From positions 62,001 to 102,927 of the forward strand of contig JAXLNO010000617.1 of the NCBI GenBank assembly GCA_038087875.1: DNA of 40,927 nucleotides. Reading direction: 5' to 3'. The position numbers and the translations under genes were made by a program. The notes beneath the pieces are model-generated. The model ran no database searches and was not told where the DNA came from. It was given only the letters and a program-made list of their open reading frames with translations. How positions within the stretch are numbered: the stretch's first letter is position 1; each line of letters opens with the position of its first letter. This document shows positions 34,500 through 40,927 of the stretch, piece by piece. Source of the DNA: Malacoraja senta. Taxonomy: Eukaryota.

Positions 34500-35313
34500 G
34501 TATAATGTGGATACATGTGAGGTTATCCACTTTGGTGGCAAAAACAGGAAGTAGACTATTATCTGAATGGTGGCCGATTAGGAAAAGGGGAGATGCAACG
34601 AGACCTGGGTGTCATGGTACACCAGTCATTGAAAGTAAATATGCAGGTGCAGCAGGCAGTGAAGAAAGCGAATGGTATGTTAGCATTCATAGCAAAAGTA
34701 TTTGAGTAGAGCAACAGGAGGTTCTACTGCAGTTGTACAGGGTCTTGGTGAGACCACACCTGGAGTATTGCGTACAGTTTTGGTCTCCTAATCTGAGGAA
34801 ATATATTCTTGCCATAGAGAGAGTATAGAGAAGGTTCACCAGACTGATTCCTGGGATGTCAGGACTTTCATATGAAGAAAGACTGGATAGACTCGGCTTG
34901 TACTCGCTATAATTTAGAAGATTGAGGGGGGATCTTATAGAAACTTACAAAATTCTTAAGGGTTGGACAGGCTAGATGCAGGAAGATTGTTCCCGAAGTT
35001 GGGGAAGTCCAGAACAAGGGGTCACAGTTTAAGATAAGGGGGAAGTCTTTTAGGACCGAGATGAGAAAAACATTTTTCACACAGAGCGTGGTGAATCGCT
35101 GGAATTCTCTGCCGCAGAAGGTAGTTGAGGCCAGTTCATTGGCAATATTTAAGAGGGAGTTAGATGTGGCCCTTGTGGCTAAAGGGACCAGGGGGTATGG
35201 AGAGAAGGCAGGTACAGGATACTGAGTTGGATGATCAGGCATGATCATATTGAATGGCGGTGCAGGCTCGAAGGGCCGAATGGCCTACTCCTGCACCTAT
35301 ATTCTATGTTCTA
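34500..35313 (+). mobile_element. CR1 LINE 3' portion
   Basis: Same subfamily as 5223-6546 and 38679-39430, with stops and indels. Confidence 0.92.
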
Positions 35314-35541
35314 AATATTTTCAAGATGTAGCTTCTCGGACATGTTTATAATGATTACGTAAAATAGTTGACATCTGCTGCTATGTATGCTTCCATATAA
35401 CTTTATATAACGTATATAACTGAATATAAGCAAGACGGCCCTTAGTGGAGAGGCAGTGAGGCAGCGGCCTTGTGAGGGAAGTGCCCTGTGAGAAAAGTGA
35501 GTCTTTGGCTCGCGAGTCTTCGGCGAGGAGGCTGAGGAGAG

Positions 35542-38225
35542 GAATTCCACAAATTCACAACTCTCTGGGTTGAAATGTTTTTCTCAATTCAGTCTTAAAT
35601 GACCTCCCCTTTATTCTAAGACTGTGGGCCCTGGTTCTGGACTCGCCCAACATTGGGAACATTTTGCCTGCATCTAGCATGTCCAGTCCTTTTATAATTT
35701 TATATGTTTCTATAAGATACCCCTCATCCTTCCAAACTCCAGTGAATACAAGCCTAGTCTTTTCAATCTATCCTCATATGACAGTCCCGCCATCCCAGGG
35801 ATCAATCTCCTGAACCTACGCTGCACTGCCTCAATCACAAGGGTGTCCTTCCTCAAATTAGGAGACCAAAACTGTACACAATACTCCAGATGTGGTCTCA
35901 CCAGAGCCCTATACAACTGCAGAAGAATCTCTTTAGTCCTATACTAAAATCCTCTTGTTATGAAGGCCAACATTCCATTAGCTTTCTTCACTGCCTGCTG
36001 TACCTCCACGCCAACTTTCAGTAACCGGTTTACAAGGACACCCAGGTCTCGCTGCACCTCACCCTTACCTAACCTAACCCCATTGAGATAATAATCTGCC
36101 CCCTTGTTTTTGCCACCAAAGTGGATAACCTCACATTTATCTATATTATACTGCATCTGCCACACATCTGCCCACTCACTGAACCTGTCCAGGTCACCCT
36201 GCAACCTCCTAACATCCTCTTCACAGTTCACACTGCCACCCAGCTTTGTATCATCCGCAAACTTGCTAGTGTTGCTCCTAATTCCCTCTTCCAAATCATT
36301 AATAATATATGGTAAACATTTGCGGCCCCAACACCGAGCCTTGCGGCACTCCACTCGCCACTGCCTGCCATTCGGAAAAGGACCCGTTAACTCCTACCCT
36401 TTGCTTCCGGTCTGCCAACCAATTTTCTATCCATGTCAACACCCTACCCCCAATACCATGTGCTCTAATTTTAGTCACCAGTCTCCCGTGCGGGACCTTA
36501 TCAAAAGCTTTCTGAAAGTCTAGATACACTACATCCACTAGCACCCCTTCATCCATCCTACTTGTCACATCCTGAAAACATTCCAGAAGATTAGTCAAGC
36601 ATGATTTTCCCTTTCATAAATCCATGTTGACTTGGACTAATCCTTTTACTGCTATCCAAATGCCCCATTATTACCTCTTTAATAATTGACTCAGCATCTT
36701 TCCCACCACCAAAGTCAGGCTAACTGGTCTGTAATTCCCCTTTTTGTCTCTCGCTCCTTTCTTGAAAAGTGGGATAACATTAGCTATCCTCCAATCCACA
36801 GGAACTGATCCTGAATCTATTTAACATTGGAAAATGATCACCAATGCGTCCACTATTTCTGGAGCCACTTCCCTGAGGACCCTGGGATGCAGACCATCAG
36901 GCCCAGGGGATTTATCATCCTTCAGTCCCATTAGCCTACCCAATACTATATCCCGCCTAATGACAATTTCTCTCAGTTCCTCTACCCCCTTAGGTCCTCT
37001 GTCCTCCAGTACATCTGGGAGATTGTTTGTGTCTTCCTTAGTGAAGACAGATCCGAAGTACCTGTTCAACTCTTCTGCCATTTCCTTGTTACCCATAATA
37101 ATTCCACGTGTGTCTGCCTTCAAGGGACCCACATTTGACTTTGCTATCTTTTTCCCTTAACATATCTAAAGTAGCTTTTACTGTCCTTCTTTATATTCCT
37201 GGCCAGCTTCCCCTCGTACTTCATCTTTTCAGCCCGTATTGCCCGTTTTGTTTCCTCTGTTGTCCTATAAAAGTTTCCCAACCCTCTGGCTTCCGGCTAC
37301 TCTTTGCTTGTGTTATACATCTTTTCTTTTACTTTTATTGTACCCCTAACTTCTCTTGTCAGCCACGGTTGCCTCCTTCTCCCCTTAGAATCTTTCTTAC
37401 TTCTTGGAATGAAATGATCCTGCGTCTCCCGGATTATGGCCAGAAATTCCTGCCATTCCTGTTCCACCGTCATTCCTGCTAGGATCCCTTTCCAGTCTAC
37501 TTTGGCCAGCTCCCCTCTCATGCCTTCATAGTCCCTTTGTTCAACTGCATCACTGCCACTTCCGATTTAACGTTCTCCTTCTCAAATTGCAGATTAAAAC
37601 TAATCATATTATGATCACTACCTCCAAGCGGTTCCTTTACCTCGACTTCTCTTATCATATCTGGTTCATTGGACAACACTAAATCCAGAATTGCCTTTTC
37701 TCTGGTCGGCTCCATTACAAGCTGGTCTAAGAATCCATCTCGGAGGCATTCTACAAACTCTCTTTCTTGGGTCCTGAACCAACCTGATTTTCGCAGTCAA
37801 CCTGCATATTGAAATCCCCCATCACCATAGTGGCATTACTTTTGTTACATGCCAGTTTTAACTCCTGCTGCAACTTACACCCTACATCCTGGCTACTATT
37901 TGGGGGTCTGTAGATAACACCAATTAGTGTCTTCTTGCCTTTATAATTCCTCAACTCAATCCACAGTGACTCTACCTCGTCAGTCCCTATGTCTTCCCTC
38001 GCAAGGGACTAAATTCCCTCCCTCACCAGCAGAGCTAACCCCCTCCTCTGCCCACCCTCCTGTCCTTTCTATAGGATGTATAACCCTAATATTAAGTTCC
38101 CAGGCCCGATCCTCCTGCAGCCACGTCTCAGTGATCCCCACAATGTCATATCTACCAACCTCTAACTGAGCCTCAAGCTCATCTACTTTACTTCTTATAC
38201 TTCGCGCATTCATATGAAATACTTT
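35542..38225 (-). mobile_element. CR1 LINE with nearly complete but frameshifted ORF2 (endonuclease + RT); 3' end missing
   Basis: MNARSIRSKVDEL...GITETWL, IYRPPN, MGDFN, SDHN, DFQKAFD, GVPQGSVLGP and FADD across ORF fragments. Confidence 0.92.
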
Positions 38226-38371
38226 TAATCCTTACTCATCTCACCTTTCACATCGATCCTATTCCACTTGGCCAGACTCTCCTATCCCTTTGTGAGCTTC
38301 CTTTCCCGTTAATTCTGGGGTTATTAACCCTCCCTTTACTCTCTTTCCCTTCAACTCCGTCATCGACTATC

Positions 38372-38678
38372 CCAATGGCCATGGGGGGGGGGGGGTCCAA
38401 GAGGATGGGGTCAGTTGGAGACGGGAAAAGGGATCATCAATGGGGGCGAGGACTCCTTCCCATGGAAGAACGCTGTGAGGCGGAGGCGCGGAAGTAGTGC
38501 TCCAAATCGCGGTGGGCACGGAACACATTGAGGTGGGGACGGGAGGGGGAGATAGGTGAGGCCTCTGCTGAGGACAGACCGTTCGGTATCTGAAAGGGGG
38601 TAGATCAGGGGGGATGGTGAACACACGGCAGGGATGGGGGTTGGGGCCGGAGGAAGGCAGGTGAGTGGACTGAGGCGA
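38372..38678 (-). mobile_element. Penelope-like element ORF N-terminal fragment
   Basis: RVFTIPPDLP/LSDTERSVLSRGLT...RLRLTAFFHGKESS/DPFSRLQ..PSSWTPP, read across frameshifts. Confidence 0.75.
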
Positions 38679-39430
38679 TGGTGGCCGATTAGGAAAAGGG
38701 GAGATGCAACGAGACCTGGGTGTCATGGTATACCAGTCATTGAAAGTAGACATGGAGGTGCAGCAGGCAGTGAAGAAAGCGAATGGTATGTTAGCATTCA
38801 TAGCAAAAGGATTTGAGTATAGGAGCAGGGAGGTTCTACTGCAGTTGTACAGGGTCTTGGTGAGACCACACCTGGAGTATTGCGTACAGTATTGGTCTCC
38901 AAATCTGAGGAAAGACATTCTTGCCATAGAGGGGTTACAGAGAAGGTTCATCAGACTGACTCCTGGGATGTCAAGACTTTCATATGAAGAAAGACTGGAT
39001 AGACTTGGCTTGTACTCGCTAGAATTTAGAAGATTGAGGGGGGATCTTATAGAAACTTACAACATTCTTTAAGGGGTTGGACAGGCTAGATGCAGGAAGA
39101 TTGTTCCCGATGTTGGGGAAGTCCAGAACAAGGGTCACGGTTTAAGGATAAGGGGGAAATCGTTTAGGACCGAGATGAGAAAAACATTTTTCACACAGAG
39201 AGTGGTGAATCTGTGGAATTCTCTGCCACAGAAGGTAGTTGAGGCCAGTTCATTGGCTATATTTAAGAGGGAGTTAGATGTTGCCCTTGTGGCTAAAGGG
39301 ATCAGGGGGTATGGAGAGAAGGCAGGTACAGGATACTGAGTTGGATGATCAGCCATGATCATATTGAATGGCAGTGCAGGCTCGAAGGGCCGAATGGCCT
39401 ACTCCTGCACCTATTTTCTATGTTTCTATG
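38679..39430 (+). mobile_element. CR1 LINE 3' portion
   Basis: ORF 38704-39072 ([18 protein letters not shown]) and tail (TTCTATGT)n. Confidence 0.92.
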
Positions 39431-39631
39431 TCCTCTCCACAACGAATATAAACCTCACCTGCATTTTAATCGCCACCCTACAACACCAAAGCCTCCTGAA
39501 TCGCAAGCACAGCACCACTGATGGTAGGGTTCGTAACAACGCCCCTATGTCAAAAGTTTTATACACCTCGGCCTCCCTAGATCTCGCGGCCCTAAGCTTA
39601 AGCTTGTCGGGCTCATACGTAAATCCGGCCC

Positions 39632-39778
39632 TGGTGGGAGGATACCGGAGCGCCCGGAGAAAACCCACGCAGGTCAAGGGAGAGAACGTGCAAACTCCGT
39701 ACAGACAGCGCCCGTGGTCGGGATGGAACCGGGGTCTCTGGCGCCGTGAGGCAGCAACTCCTGCGCTGCGCCATCGTG
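39632..39778 (-). mobile_element. HE1/V-SINE-like SINE, 5' half
   Basis: Reverse complement of the tRNA head and central core seen at 9262 and 10637. Confidence 0.8.
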
Positions 39779-39804
39779 ATGACCAGAGAGGGAGGGAGAG
39801 GTGA

Positions 39805-40632
<828 letters not shown>

Positions 40633-40927
40633 TCAATGCACCAAAAAAACACCCGGAACCAACATGCGGCGTTTCGCCCTCCACCCGGACGCCTGAGACC
40701 CGACGTCCCGCTTTGCCAGCCCAGGTGCGCCGCCCTAAAGCGTCCCCCGTCCGCCGAAAGCGTCTCGGGAATGCAGCTGTGAAGAGCAGGTAAAGATAAA
40801 AGCGCTACCATGCAGCGGGGGTGGAAGCAATGCAGCCAGTGATGCATGCATTCCCTTGAATGCAGCAGGGGGAGCATGCACAGGCGCTGGCAGGCGGTTC
40901 CCCCCCACTTTATAACTCACATTATAT

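Overview
Vertebrate genomic DNA, most likely from a cartilaginous fish (skate/ray-like). This is inferred from HE1/V-SINE-type SINEs and from CR1, Rex1/Babar and Penelope repeats. The only host gene is on the + strand at about 1.0-15.6 kb: an uncharacterised immunoglobulin-superfamily receptor of symmetric phase-1 exons, V - C2(WxC) - cysteine-free V - C2 - V - C2(WxC) - TM - candidate short tail. The first and last V-C2 pairs are duplicates of each other. The domains are CD4/LAG-3/G6F-like, while the TM carries an Arg in a context like that of FcRgamma-pairing activating receptors. This copy has an in-frame TAG (1610-1612) and a GT>GG donor mutation (8646-8647), so it is probably a pseudogene or an exon-skipped allele. 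Just downstream is an internally deleted BEL/Pao LTR retrotransposon (15619-19296) with a CCA-ended tRNA-Asp copy in its 3' UTR and a 62-bp hairpin array where the PBS/gag should be. The rest is nested LINEs, Penelope remnants with hammerhead-like motifs, a Gypsy gag-protease relic, a solo LTR, a Harbinger-type MITE, SINEs and mini/microsatellites. Alignments were made by eye and repeat boundaries are approximate.
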